64,000 bases of DNA from Callorhinchus milii (GCF_018977255.1 NW_024704742.1:67148001-67212000), one strand, 5' to 3'. Counted from the stretch's first letter, positions 39,748-54,034 are shown. Notes: generated by a model from the sequence alone, not told the origin. Numbers and translations: made by a program.

Positions 39748-41563
39748 TCTCAATCTGGCCTTCGTTTAGCCGTCTCCTGCCTTCTGTACTTCCATCATCT
39801 CCCTTCCAGTGGCTGTACTTTCAGCCATTATGCCCTGAAACTCTGGAACTAAATCCCTCTGCCTTGATTACTCTTTGACTGTCTTCAGATCGCACCTGAA
39901 GACCTTCCTCTTTGGCAATGCCCTGCAGTCACTTCCCCTTTCTCCCCAGCTTGGTGTCAATCTTTGCCATTGTCAATCTCTTTGAGATTGTCCCCTGCAT
40001 AAAGGGCTCTTTATAAATGCAAGTTGCTGTTGCTTTAGGCGAGAGCACTCCCAACTGAGCCAACTGTTGACCTTGTATAAGTCACAGGATTCATTAATCA
40101 AGACATCAGTGAAACATTAAAGTGATAAGTGTGTTTTCAACTCAAGTTAAATCAAAGAAACAGGTCAAAGGGTGGTGATGGCCATTGGAGAATGTACCAG
40201 TGAGGGGCGCTCTCCTACCTATGTAGCAAATGTAGGTGTACGAATGTCTTTACGTGTCTGTGTTTACACATCTGTATCTATACACGGGTATGTATGTGTG
40301 TCCATCAAAAGTGTATGCTTCCCTTTGCATCTGATCCATGCTATACCTATTCCATGACACTTCATATTCACGAGAAAAAACAGAAGCCTAGATGTTTTGA
40401 CTTCAGATCCCCAGATAATCAGGTTTTTACTTTAACTGCACTGCACAGTTAAAGGTGTGGCTTGAGGATAATTAAACTGCGCTCCTGTTTGCCTGATCAG
40501 GTGGACAGATATTAAAAGATTCCACAGCAATGCTTAGAAATTAGAAGAGTTTTTCCTGGTGTGCTGGCTGACAATCCTCCAAATAAATTCATCATTCATA
40601 CTGTGGCTGATTGTGGGCTCACACTGGTATAAATAGCTGCTGTGTTTTTATCTACAGAAACAGTCACCAAAGCAAACATAACCAGTGACTCATTTTGAGA
40701 AATCTCAATGTGATAAGATGTTTTGAAGTCCTAAAAGGAATAAGTTGCCATCCCTATTGTAAATAAAATCATATTAAACAGAACATTTGAAAATCTATGA
40801 ATCCATATACATATATATAACAACAACAAAATTACATTTATAGAAAGCCTTTCACGTCGGGAGGATGTCCCAAGGCGCTGGATAGTCAGGGGTCAGGACC
40901 CGAGCATGGGAGAGGGGTGGGGCGTGGGTGAGGGAAGGCAGAGGGGTGGGAGGGCGACCGAAGGTACGATCGAAGAAGAGGGTTTTGAGATCGGCCTTGA
41001 AGCAGGCAAGGGAAGAAATGAGGCAAAGGATGGAGTTCCAGAGTGTGGGGGCAGAGAGGCTGAAAGCTGGGCCACTGATGGTAGGGCTGGTCAGGAGGGA
41101 GACATGGAGCAGGCCGGAGCCCGCTGAACGGAGGGAGCGGATAGGTTGGTAGGGAGACAGCAGGTCAGAGATGTAGGTGAGCGCATATATATACATGCAT
41201 ATGCCTACAAAAAATACAGTCACTACCATTTTGCAGTAAATTCTATGAAGCGCTTGGAGACGTCCTTCCGACATGAAATGTGTTATATCAAATGCAATTA
41301 TTACAACAGGCATACATAAAATATTTTGTTGTATTAACATTGGTAACTATTGTAGGTCCAGCTGCACAGATTGCAACCAAAGCGATGCTTCCACTGGGTG
41401 GCGCTTATAACATGACAACATTCCCAATGCACCAAAGTCAATGCCAAAGATCAAGATTCAGGGAAAATCCACCCTCTGTTTTTGTGTGACGTGTTACTAC
41501 AGTGCTTTCCCCCTCCTCTGTTGATGTAAGTGTCTCTCAATGCAACTGGAGTTCTGTATTAGC

Positions 41564-41693
41564 ATGAAGTGTCCATTGCTAGTGTTTCTGTGGAGTTCCT
41601 GTTGGGGCCTTTCTTTTGCTCTCTATTTTCATCAAGGAGAACGAGAAGAAAAATGCATTATAGAGGATATCCCTGTCGATACTCTGGTTACAG
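41564..41693 (+). CDS. TMED11: TMED11 (p24alpha1/gp25L) exon 1: signal peptide and GOLD start; alternative in-frame ATG at 41540
   Basis: [43 protein letters not shown]; donor GTAAGT at 41694. [16 protein letters not shown] matches p24alpha1 as recalled; synteny between SPON2 and RNF212 supports the call. Confidence 0.9.
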
Positions 41694-43638
41694 GTAAGTC
41701 TACTGTATTTATTGAGTCCATTTGGCTCAATCTATAGCACTCTTGCTGCTGTATGAGATGCACACTCCACCTCACTGAGCCAGTCAGGAACCTTGGCATC
41801 TTATTTGGTCCTCAACTGTCCTTTCACAGCTGTACCATAACCAGCTCTGCCTTCCCCCACCTCTGCAACATCACCGGGCTCTGCCACTGCCTCACCCCTC
41901 AGGCTGCCAAAACCCTCATCCTTGCATTTATCACACCTAAGCTCGACTACGCCAATTCCCTGCTTGTCAGCATTCCCAACTCTTCCCTCCACAAGCTGCA
42001 GATTATTTGGAACTCTGCACTTCGTGTTCTCTCCTGCACTTTGCTCCTTCCTACCTCTGTGACCCGCTAAACCCATATCAACCTGTCCACTACCTCCGCT
42101 CAGCAGGCTCTGGCCTGATTCACATCCGCTGCCCAGCAGTCAGGCCTTCAGCCTCTCTGTCCCCACCCTTTAGAACTCCATCCCACAGTCCCTTCACCTC
42201 ACTCCTCCTTTGCTTCCTTCAAGGCACATCTCAAGACCTTGCTCTTCGACCGCGCCTTCACTCAAACTCGTATCCCTGCCCTCACTGCCCTCCACCCATC
42301 CTGATCCCAATCCCCTGCTCGGGTCCAAATTCCTGATTGCTCAGTGCCTTGGGACGTCCTCCTGACGTGAAAGGTGCAATACAAATGTAATTTCTTGTTG
42401 TTGTTATTAATTCCACTTCAGTGCTCGGGGTATTGTTCTTTGGACTGAGCTCCCATCTACTTGTTTCAGGCGGACATCAAAGTACCACAATACTATCAAA
42501 AGTGAAGGGAGGCTTCTCTTGGTGTCCTATTAATAATCATAATCCTTGCATTTGGTAGAATGCCTTTCATGTCAGGAATACGTCCCAAAGTGCTTCACCG
42601 GATACTGTAAAGTGGAGTGATTATGCTTTGTGGGTCAACACAGCAGCCAATATGTTCACAGCAATGTCCCACAAACAACAATGGAGTGAGTGACCAATTT
42701 TATTTGGGGGATTGTTGGCCAGGACGTTGGGAGAAACTCCTTCCTCTTTTCAAATCGTGCCATGGGATTTTTAACGTCCACCTGAACAGGCAGGTGGAAC
42801 CTCTGTTTAACATCTCATCCGAAGGACGGCATCTCTAACAATGCAGCACACTTCCCAGCACTGCATTGGAGTGTCAGACTGGATAAATGAGTTCCAGGTC
42901 CTGACACGAACCCGCAACCTTCTGATTCAGAGACGAGAGTTCTACCAACTGAGCCAGTTCCGGTCAACTATGGCTGTTATGGGCAGCGTGCTGGTGCCAT
43001 CTTTACTTGCAAAAGCATATTTACTTTAAAATAAAAATATCAATAACTTAACAAAAACACTTAAAAATACCAATTATCCTTGCATAAGCACCTTTTCATC
43101 TCACCAAAACATCTTACATTATATCTTAAAATTGTAGGCCAAATGCAATCAATGGTTCTTGTTCTGTTGCTGTGGATATTGAACAGCGAGATCGCTTAAA
43201 CACCAACAAACAATAACTTGCATTTATATAACAACTTTCACGTCAGGAAGACATGCCAAGATACTTAAAGGATTTTTTTAACCATGTCTATTTGCACAAA
43301 CAAAATAGTTATCTCACCTCATTCCCTCTCTATCTATCTTCAAATCCCACCTTAAAATATACCTCTTTGATTGCCTCTGGGGTTGGGGGGCGCGAAGAAG
43401 GGACTCAGAGAGAGATATGATGCCAGGATCAACATTTCACAATAATAATGGTGCTTATCTGTGAGCGTCCTTGGTCATTTCGCTGCCCACAGCCTTGTTA
43501 TTTCACACGGATTAAACTTCAAAGTTCAGTTTCAAATTAGATTAATAACACTTAAAAAATCATCTCTTCTTGCCAATGCTACAGATATTTGAATGAAAGC
43601 CAGATCATTTGAGTTTGAACCTTCTTCTTTTGTTTTAG

Positions 43639-43739
43639 GAAGGTACAAAATGCAGGCGTGGGATTTTCTTGCCCATGGCTTTCTTTCCTCCGCACCAGGT
43701 TTGGGTATGTTTGTGACTATCAAAGGACCGGATGGAAAG
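43639..43739 (+). CDS. TMED11: TMED11 exon 2 (not in ORF track)
   Basis: ttttAG|GA; GRYKMQAWDFLAHGFLSSAPGLGMFVTIKGPDGK; donor GTACAA at 43740. SAPGLGMFV is a p24alpha motif. Confidence 0.92.
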
Positions 43740-45041
43740 GTACAACACCTTTGTTTTTAACTATTTCATAGCTCATCACCTCAGCAATGCTCTCCTTTGT
43801 AAAATGAACTTTGGACTCCCAGTGGCTTAGTGTCTGCTGAGTATAGATTTGGTGACAGCAGTGAAGATTCCATGGGACTCCCCATCTAGCTACACAGCCA
43901 ACAACTGGCTAAACATATTCCAACTTTTGACAGTCAGGTGGGAATGTTGAGCCCTGCTGTGATTTAAAACTACAGAAATTTACAGCATAGAAAGCATTTT
44001 GGCTCATCATGTCTGTGTTGAAAGAGCCATCCATTCAGTCCCATTTACTTGTCTTTTCCCCCATACTCATGCAAATGATTCCTTTTTGGGTATCTATTTA
44101 ATTTCCTCTTGAAAGCAAATATGGATTATGCCTCGACATCACATCTGTTTGGGCATTCCACATGCTAAGAATTTGTAAAGAAATTCCTTCTAACCTTCCC
44201 CTTTGCTCTCATCATTGAACAGGTGACTTGCCTTTTGCTAAACTATGTCATGTTGATACTTTGCTAAGTTTGTTGTCTTATTTCCCTTAATGCAAATATT
44301 TTTGAACCGTAACAAGAGACATTTCTAAAAATTGTGCAAATACTTTATCGTGGAAGTAGGTATTTTACTGCAATGGTTTCCCAAACAAAGGCCCATGAGC
44401 AGGGATTTTGTCCCTTGAATCCACTAGACATAAAACTCTGGGAATCATTTAAGAAACATCTTGATGCTGCAATGGAACAGGATGATGCTATAGATTGGAA
44501 TTAAGTATTCGGTATGGGTTGATATATAGAAATGTGGCTGGGCTGCTCAGTTGGTAACACTCGCCTCTGAGTCAGACAGTTGTGCGTTCCAGCCCTAGAT
44601 TGGAGCTTTGAGCTCACAATCTAGGCTGAGACGCCAATGCAGTGCTGGGGTAGTTTTGCATCATCAGAGATGCCATCCTTCAGATCAGACATTAAATGGA
44701 GGTTCCCTGCACCTGTTCAGATGGATGCTAAAGAACCCAATGACACTTTGATGAAAACGGGAGTTTCTCCTGATGTCCTGGCCAATCATCTTCCATCTAA
44801 AACAACTGATCATTCACTTCACATTTGTAGACAAGTGTTGTGCACAAATTGACAGCCGCATTTGCCCAAAAATGCAGTCACTAAATTCTACAGAAAACTC
44901 TGAAGTGCTCTGAGACATTTCAACACGATAAGGTAATATCAAATGCAAGGATTATTTATAGGAGCTATTTTTCCATTCACATAAGATCTACATTGACAAA
45001 TAAACACTGTCTAGTCACTTGTTTTTCTCATGTTATAACAG

Positions 45042-45167
45042 ACAATGATGCATAAGTTATACGGTTCAGAGAGTCGTTTTACGTTCACCTCACACTTGCC
45101 AGGAGAACACTACATCTGCCTGATATCCAATTCAACCCAATTAGCGGTATTTGCTGGAAATAAGCTG
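45042..45167 (+). CDS. TMED11: TMED11 exon 3
   Basis: taac[47 protein letters not shown] (second GOLD Cys, NST sequon); donor GTAAGA at 45168. Confidence 0.94.
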
Positions 45168-46152
45168 GTAAGAAAATGTATTAGCATTTCTTCTGACCTA
45201 AATGCAATGCAAATGTTCCTTTTCTCAGAAGAATGGAATTATTAGAATAAATGAAAAGGAAGTCTCAATTGCTTTAAAGCTCCAAGTCATTGGAGCCCTG
45301 GAGTCCTGTAGCTCAGTGGTTAGAGCACTCGCTTTGCAAGCAAGAGACCTGAGTTCAATTCCAGGCAGCGCGAAACCTTGGGCAAGTTTCCTTATTCCAC
45401 ATAGAGCCTAATAATAATCCCTCCAAAACCAAAAATAATAATAAAAATTGGTCTTTTTCAATCTACGGCTGTTTGTGGGACATTACTGTGCGCAATTGGC
45501 TGCCGCATTCGCCCACAAATATACAGTCAATTCACTTTACAGATGCTACACAGCTAAGGGATTGCACCTGAGGTGGGGGTTAGAATCAAGAGAGTTGCAG
45601 GGTAGGGGGAGTGGGGGTAGGAGTGTGGCCGAAGCCCAGTCAAAGAGGAAGGTCTTGACACAGGCCTTGAAGGAGGTGGGGGGTTTCAGGAATCGAGATC
45701 CAGTGGGTACTTTGACACATCCTTCTTTCACACTGGGAGGATGTCTCAATGTGGTTCAACTACACTGGAGAGAATACGGGCATAGCTGAACGCTCACTGG
45801 TTCAGTGGTAAATGCAATGCTTGATTTGGCAGTCAGCTGAATAAAACACAAAGGTCCTAGATCTGTACACAGCCTTTTGGAAATGCTTTCATTTTGATAA
45901 CAGAGTAGAGTTTTTTCCATTCTGACTCCTTTGTTTACTCATTGTTGGCCCCAATTTGAAAAGAAAAGGATAAACTTTTCTCAATGACCCTAATGGCGTA
46001 ATGTTAAAACATTCTGTGAAGTGTAGCGGATTACAAAACACTCAAAATAGAATCCAGAAAGGCAGAAAGCTGTTGACATCAAGCGTGTATTCTTCATTTA
46101 CAGTACTGTACCCATTTCTCTCTCCTCTTCCCCATGGGCGTTTGCTTTGCAG

Positions 46153-46299
46153 CGTGTCCATTTGGATGTTCAGGTTGGGGAGCCTCCCATTGATGAGTCT
46201 CTTGCTGAAACCAAGGACAAAATGGATGAGGTTGAGGAGAGAATCCAACATGTGGTAGAGCGGATTCGCCAAATTGGCAAACAGCAAAATTACCAGAGG
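46153..46299 (+). CDS. TMED11: TMED11 exon 4: end of GOLD and coiled coil
   Basis: ttgcAG|CGT; RVHLDVQVGEPPIDESLAETKDKMDEVEERIQHVVERIRQIGKQQNYQR; donor GTAAGT at 46300. Confidence 0.94.
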
Positions 46300-47688
46300 G
46301 TAAGTCAGAACCATGGCACCAGTGGGCAAAGTATGTCAAGGTATTTACTGTGCCAACAAACTGGCACAGCCTATAAGTATTCAGATGATAAATGATCAAA
46401 CTATTTTGAGATTAAATAATCCAGAAGTAAGCAATCCAGATGAAATATGTTGATGGGAGAAGTAAAGTCTGGAGGTGACAGAGGGGTGAGAACGATTCAG
46501 ACCCTAATCGCCTCGCAAGTGAGAAACCTGGGTTCGATTCCACACGCCTAATAATAATCCCTCCAAAAAACAAAAACAATAATAAATTGGTCACTTCAAT
46601 CCATGACTGTTTGTAGGACACTGCTGTGCGCAATTGGCTGCTGCTTTTCGCCCACAAATATTCAATCAATTCACTTTACAGTGTATTCTGTGAAGCACTT
46701 TGAGACGTCTAGAAGACGTGAAAAGCGCTGTATCAATGCAAGAATTATTATATTATTATAAATGAACATTTCTGAGGTAAATTATTTAATTCTAAGTCAT
46801 GTAGATAGTCCAGAATTTTCAGTGAATTACAGTAAAACATTTGTTTAATCTTACATACTTTTAACTGACAAAATAGTTTCCAAGTTCTGTTCTGCTCTGC
46901 TGTATGTTGGTAACTAACAATATTTCTTCAGCATATGTGAAGTGCTGGCTCCAACTTCCTCAAGGAACCTGGCTTCTCTCTCCAACTCACTGAACAGAGC
47001 ACAATCTTGGCGTTTGGTTCAACCCTCAGCTCTCCTTCATTCTTTACATCTGATCCTCAAGAAAGAACATTTTCCTACATCTTGACCAGATCACCCATCT
47101 TCATCCCCATCTCATTCCCTCACACAGTATCGTCCCCCTAACAGCCATGAGGCGAATCACCAAGTAATATATAAGCTCGGCTCTACATGCCCAAATAACT
47201 ACATGGCCATCACCCACTTCCTTGCTGAGTCTCTTGATATGGTATTGAGCCATATATTAAACAAGTAAGGTGTTTAGTATCATTCTTACAAGGTGGAGGC
47301 CAATGCAATTGGAACAGAGACAAGTATATGGTCTCAAGTTCAGAAAATATATTAACAAATAGAACCAACTGAATTACTTTATGGTGAAAATATATATTAG
47401 ATGACCCAGTAAGGTTGCAGAGGTAGTTTGTGCAGACAAATTCAAGAGGGAATTAAATAGCTATTTGGTGAAGAATTCAATTGAGGGTTATAATAATAAT
47501 CCTTGTATTTAATACAGTGCTGGTAACATGGAAACATCTCCAAGTGTTTCAAAGGGAATTCCTGTTCATAATAATAACAAAATAAAAACAAAAAATATTT
47601 AACATCGCTCCTTTCACGTCAGGAGGATGTCTTAAAGCAATACACAGGATTTGTTGTAAAGTGTAGTGACTGTGTATTTGTAGGAAAG

Positions 47689-49680
47689 TTACAACAATAA
47701 CAACAAAATTACATTTGTATAGTGCCTTTCATGTCGGGAGGATGTCCCAAGGCGTTGGACAGACAGAGTTATGGACCCGAGCTGAGGATTGGGTGGGGGA
47801 GGGTGGAGGGCAAGGGGGGAAGCAGGGAGATTGAAAGCACGGTTGAAGAGGAGTGTCTTGAGTTGGGTGTTGAAGGTGGTGAGGGAAGGGGCGAGATGGA
47901 GGGACTGCGGGATGGAGTTCCAGAGATTGGGTGCAGAGTGGCGGAAGGCCCATCCGCCGATAATGGGGCGAGCAAGGCAGAGGATGTGAAGCAAGGCGGA
48001 GCCCGTTGAGCAGAGGGAGCAAACAGGGTGGTAGGGGGTTAGGAGGTTGGAGAGGTAGAGGGGAGCAAGACCATGGAGGGCTTTGAAGGTGAGGACCAGG
48101 ATCTTGAACTGTATCCTCTGTGTGATTGGAAGCCAGTGGAGTTGGGCGAGGATGGGGGTGATAGGGTTGCGGAGCCAAGTGTGAGAGAGGACATGGGCTG
48201 CAGAGTTCTGGATGATCTGCAGCCTGTGAATAGAAGAGTTGGGGAGGCCGACAAGCAGTGAGTTTGCAGAGTCGAGCCTCGAATGTAACGAGGACGTGTA
48301 TGAGGGTTTCGGTGGCCTGCGGTGTGAGACAGTGGCAGAGCCAGGTGACGTTGCGGAGGTTGGGGAAGGCAGAGCGAGTCATGGCAGAGATATGGGGTAG
48401 AAACGATAGTTGAGGGTCAAACAAGACCCCATGGTTCCAGACTGGCTTAGCAAGGTGGAGTGTGCAACCATGGATGGTGATGCTGTCAGCGCCTGAGGTG
48501 AGGAGGCTCTGACAGGAACCAATCAGGAGAGCCTCGGTGCTTGTTGACATTCAACTGAAGAAAGTTCGCTCTCATCCAGGACTTGATGTCTGACAGACAT
48601 TCTGTCAGGACAGCAGTGGTCCTGGAGTCAAGGGTGGAGGCAGAGAGGTACAGTTGGGTGTCATCCACATACATGTGGAAGTTGACCCCATGTCTGTGGA
48701 TGATGTCACCAAGGGGGAGCATATAGATGTTGAAGAGGAGGGGACCAAGGACAGAGACCTGAGGAACCCCGCATGAGACGGTCCGGGGACTAGAAGCTGT
48801 TTGAGAAGATGAAGTGCAGGTGGTGTGAGAGGTACAATCTGAACCAATCAAGGACAGCGCCGTGGAGGTTGAGGTGAGAGGAGAGGCAGTGGATGAAGAT
48901 AGAGTGGTTGACGGTGTCGAAAGCAGCAGAGAGGTCAAGGAGGACGAGGAGGCAGAGGGAGCCCTGGTCGCAGGTGGACAGAACGTCATTTGTCACTTTG
49001 ACCAGGGCGGTTTCTGTGCTGTGGGCGGCACGGAAACCCTTTGGAAGGGTTCGAGAAGGGAGTAGTGGGAGGGGAAGGAGCGAAGCTGAGAAGCAACAAC
49101 TTGTTCCAAGACCTTGGAGAGGAAGGGGAAGTTAGAGATGGGGCGGTAGGAAGGGAGTAGAGAAAGGTCCAGGGAGGGTTCTTTAAGGATAGGAGTGATG
49201 ACAGCAGTTTTTAAAGGGGTGTGAACAGTACCAGAGGACAGGGAGAGGTTGTCAATGTCAGTGAGTAAAGGTGCAAGGAGGTGGAGCTGGGAGGTAAGGA
49301 AGGGGCGTAGGGATGGGGTCGAGGGAGCAGGTGGCGGGTTTCATACGGGTTATGCTAGCGATGAGAGAGGAAGGGGAGACAGGTTCAAAGGTGTGGAGGG
49401 AGGGATGGGTAGGGGCTGGGGTGGGAGGAGAAGATTGGGAGCGGGTAGCAGTTGCAGTGGCAGAGGCAGCTGAGCGGACTCCCTTGACTTTGGATTCGAG
49501 GAAATTCCAGCATTGCTTTGCAGTTGGCATTAGAGGTGGGGATGGGTGAGGCATGAGAGGGTGGGCGGAGGAGTCGGTTTGTGATGGAGAAGAGGAGCTT
49601 GGTGTTGTCCTTGGCCTCCAAGATTGTCTTGGAGTAGAATGATGATTTAGCGGAGGCGAGGGCGGAGCGGTAGGATTTGA
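47689..49680 (-). mobile_element. L2-clade LINE, 5'-truncated and frameshifted (RT domain plus 3' end) in TMED11 intron 4
   Basis: Minus-strand peptides LLDLSAAFDTVNH, GVPQVSVLGPLLFNIYMLPLG, HMYVDDTQLY and APNLWNSIP; tail GGGACATCCTCCCGACATGAAAGGCACTATACAAATGTAA(TTG)n. Confidence 0.93.
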
Positions 49681-50642
49681 CATGGTCCGGCCAAATCTGT
49701 CAGCCAAATTTAGCTGCCATTTTGCAAGCAGCAACCTTCTGCAAACAGCCATGAGACGAATCACCAAGTAATTTGGAAAATTATTGGTGAGGATATTGTA
49801 AGAACCTCCCTTCATTTTCTGGGACCTTTAGTATCCACCTGAACAGACAGAAAGGACTTTATTTGTTTTAACATCTCATCTGAAGCTCTTCACCTCCCAG
49901 CACTGTGCAGCAATCTCAGCCTGGACTTCGGTTGATAGAACGATACGATTTTTAAAAAATGTGGACTAGCAAGATGGACTTCAATAGTCTCACTTGATTT
50001 TGTACATTCCTATGTTTGTATGTAAAAATTGGCCAAATTTACTGCCTCTGGTTACTGTATAGTGACACCTGATTGAATGTTGGTTGTGGACAGGGCTCTG
50101 GCTGATTTTCCCCTGCAGGGGACACAAATGTGAACTGTAGAGCTCCTGCAACTGGCACTAAATCAATACAGATGAGGTCTGTATCCTATTTACTGGAATC
50201 TAAGATTTTTTTGGATTTTCTTTCATTAAAATGTTTTGTAAAATAAACTTACATTTGACATAGCACCTTTCACATCAGAAGGACCTCTCGGGATGCTTCA
50301 CAGGACATACGGTAAATTGTAGTGACTGTTTATTTTGTGAGCGGATGCAACAGCCAATTTGCATAGAGCTACAAACAGCCATGAAGTAAAAGAACAATTT
50401 CATCTGGGGGATTGCAGACCAGGACTCCGAGGGAAACTCCCTTCTCTTTTCAAATAGTGCTATGGAATCTTTAACATCCACCTGAACATGTAGTTGAAAA
50501 CTTGCTTTAACATCTCATCCAAAAGATGATGCCTCCAACAGCGCAGCACAGCCTCTGCCTGGCACTGGACTGTCAGCCTATACTGTCAGTCCCAACATGG
50601 GGTTTGAAGCGACAACCTTCATACTCAGAGGTGAAAATGCTA

Positions 50643-50766
50643 CACTTTATTGCAAATCCAAGTGGCCATCGATTCTAATGAACACCTGATTTTGGAGGTA
50701 CTTGGAGGTGGACAAGTACCTCCAAAATCAGGTGTGTCTGTGGCCACTTGGAATTACAGTAAAGTG
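50643..50766. repeat. 124-bp palindromic (MITE-like) element
   Basis: Perfect 23-bp inner stem 50682-50704 / 50713-50735 with an 8-nt loop; outer arms TCCAAGTGGCCA/TGGCCACTTGGA and CACTTTA/TAAAGTG. Confidence 0.85.
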
Positions 50767-52169
50767 ATCCCTTTTTTTCCTCTCAAGCTCTCTAAAATCT
50801 GCCTGTGCCTTACATTTGGGTCTCCTTAGATTTGAGTATATAGAGTGTATGGCTCCATACCATACCAAACAGTGCATTGTTCCCACTGAGCTATTGGGAG
50901 GAACTGATCTTTGGATAACGTGCTGTGATATGCCTTCGTAGATAAGAGCTGAATGACACTCAATTTAAAAAAGTGGCCATCGGGGGAGGAGAGGGTGTAC
51001 TTAGGAAGACTGATGGTGACCATAAGTCATCACCTCAGAAAGAGCAAGGAAGACAATTAAAGGGGCAATATACAAAGATCTCTATAAACATTCCCCGCCA
51101 GCTCTTTTCCTGGCAAGAGTTTACTGTGAATAACAAGCTGAATCCAAAATGTTTGTGTGCGGAGAATGTAAACAATTGCTTAATATGTTACAGATGCAGG
51201 ATATTTATGTTGGGTGTTGGTGGTGGAGGGGGTGGGGGGGTTAACCATCATGGTCAATCTGCTTTCTGCAATGACTTTAAGTGGGGAGATAAATATAAAG
51301 TTTTACAGTGCTGTGAAGATGTTAGTGTTAAACCAAGCAGAATCAGTAAATCTAAGTGTCTTTTCGCAATGAACATGCTGAATGAGCCAGAGAATTTAAG
51401 CACAAAAGTCGAGAGTATTTATAAGTCCCTGTAGTGCAGTCTTGATTTTATAAGGGAATCAGAATGTCTGGCCAATGGTTTCAGTGTTAGCTTCTGCTGG
51501 GACCTGTTGCCAAACTCAACTGTGAACCACTTTCAGCAGCTGGGTCAGGCTAGTCTTGGTTTAATTTCTGAACAGACAGAGTTGTCATATTTCAGGCACT
51601 TTGGGGTTTCTATGTGTAAAAAAAAGCGATAGGGGTCAAAATTGCAGTGTTGCTAAACACATTCCATTCCCTAATTAAAGAACAGAGGAATGTGGTTAGG
51701 AATTGCACAGTTTTGACCCCGTTGTGACAAAAAAACATCTGTTCAAACATCCAGCAATCCAGAGAATTGCTCATTGCTATTGATCCACAGCGACAAGACA
51801 TCATCTTTTTGAACTCCTTTGAGTGCAAAATGCTGCCACTGAGGCTCATTTTGGTAAATGTACATATAGAGTTACATAGAGTGATAAATATAGAAACAAG
51901 CTGTTTGGCTCAACTAGTCTGCGCTGGTGTTGATTTTGCTCGTGACTCCCCACCCCACACTCCACCTATTCCCCTCACCTATACCCCTCTATTCCCTTTT
52001 CTCTCATTTATTCATTTTCCTCAACTACATTGATGCTTTTTACTTCAACCACAGCTTCCAGCAGTGAGTTCCATATTCTCACCACAATGAATGAAGAATT
52101 TCTTCCAAAACTTCCTATTAGATCTGCAATTGGCTCTTATATTTTGGAGTCAATATTTGGGATATTGTG

Positions 52170-52505
52170 GAGTCCTGTAGCTCAGTGGTTAGAGCACTCG
52201 CTTTGCAAGTGAGAGACCTGAGTTCAATTCCAGGCAGAGGGCGAAACCTTGGGCAAGTTTCCTTACTCCACACAGAGCCTAATAATAATCCCTCCAAAAC
52301 CAAAAACAATAATAAATTGGTCATTTTCAATCTACGACTGTTTGTGGGACATTGCTGTGCGCAATTGGCTGCCGCGTTCGCCCGCAAATATACAGTCAAT
52401 TCACTTTACAGTGTGTTCTGTGAAGCGCTTTGGGACGTCCTCCCGTCGTGAAACGCGCTATATCAAATGCAAGGATTATTATTATTATTATATTATTATT
52501 ATATT
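52170..52505 (+). mobile_element. Young full-length copy of the same tRNA(Ala)-SINE
   Basis: Nearly identical to 38370-38698; lies in TMED11 intron 4. Confidence 0.9.
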
Positions 52506-53524
52506 TATGCCCTGTAATTTTGGTCTATCAGCAAGTGGGAATAGCCTATCAACATCTATCCTATCAACTCGTCAGCTCATAGACCTGTGACATTGATAAT
52601 CACCATTACAGGGATGTTGAAATTATTGTCACTTGGTCACTATTGACTGTTAAAATACATGTTTCTTAAGCTTGCAGGTACCAGCAGACGTAATGCCAGC
52701 TAGTTTTAGATTTCCCATTCCTGAGGGGTTAGGAATAGAGTAGTTGAGACCAGAGATGGCACCCTTTACACCTTCTGTGTCATGAGAGATTGGAGGAGGG
52801 AGGAGGTGTTCGATGTGACAAGGATAGAGGCACAATTTGGACATTTTATTAAAAATCTGACCTTGATGGTAGGTTTGGGACTGAATGGGCCCCTCCAGCT
52901 TTGAGGGTGGCTTCTCTCTCAGGCAATTTCAGAATCAAGATGCCTCTGTTTTATTTTTCAACAATGAGGACTGAGGAAGCCTTTATGCCAAGTGGCAAAG
53001 AGGCATTGTTTCATTTGAAGGCAGTATATGGTGAAGCAGAGTGGAATTGCTGCAGTCCAGATCACATGAAAGCTGCAGATGAAGAAGGCCTTCAACTCAT
53101 TTTGATCTCAGCCTGTACAGCATCAAGCTGTTTCTTAAATTAATCCAACATCCTGGCCTCAACCATTCTTCCTGATAACCTTTTCCATGTGTTAAACCCT
53201 CTGTGCAAAACAATTCCTATCAATGTCTGCCTTAGAATTGCCCTTTAGAGTCCCTGGGAAGCTAAGGACTTCCACTGTCTTGAGGTTCTAGGGAAGAAAT
53301 AATCCCTCCAAAAACTAAAAACAATAATAAATTGGTCATTTTCAATCTACGATTGTTTGCGGGACATTGCTGTGCGCAATTGGCTGCCGCATTCGCCCAC
53401 AAATATACAGTCAATTCACTTTACAGTATATTCTGTGAAGCGCTTTCAGTATATTCTGTGAAGCTTTATGTCAGACTAGCCTGGGACATCCTCCCGACGT
53501 GAAAAGCGCTATATCAAATGCAAG

Positions 53525-53526
<2 letters not shown>

Positions 53527-53592
<66 letters not shown>
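53527..53592. repeat. (ATT)n microsatellite expanded from a SINE tail
   Basis: Follows GCGCTATATCAAATGCAAGC of a SINE 3' end (53298-53526). Confidence 0.95.
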
Positions 53593-53593
<1 letters not shown>

Positions 53594-54034
53594 GAATAGG
53601 ATTGAGTAGGAGACAGGAAGTTGAGCATAATTGCAACAGGGGATGATGCAGGAAGAGGGAAGACAATTTGTAAAGCCTGTCTTTAGACTTAGTTCTTTGA
53701 ATAAGCTTTGATTGTCTTCTCAACAACCACCCACCCACCCCCCACGCCACAGCATACCACCTCCCCCCAGCTCGGGTGCCCAGACAGCTGTGCTTTGAGA
53801 TATCCTCCTATCCTTCCAACGTGAAAAGCGTTACATACATTTCACTCTTACATAAATTTCACTCGTATTGAAGTGAATTGTGTTGTAATTGAAATGAGTG
53901 AAGAATTATGACTTTTAGTGAAAATCTTACAATCACAATAAAGTGAATTCAGAATTCACTGTGGTTCTTAGAAACATATTTTCAGTGCACAGGATCATTG
54001 AAGCAAAACCATGAATCTTCTTTCTGATTTACAG

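Noticed and set aside
47729..49815. Long ORFs of 273, 167 and 185 aa as host genes
   Set aside because: Frameshifted pieces or alternative frames of an L2 ORF2.
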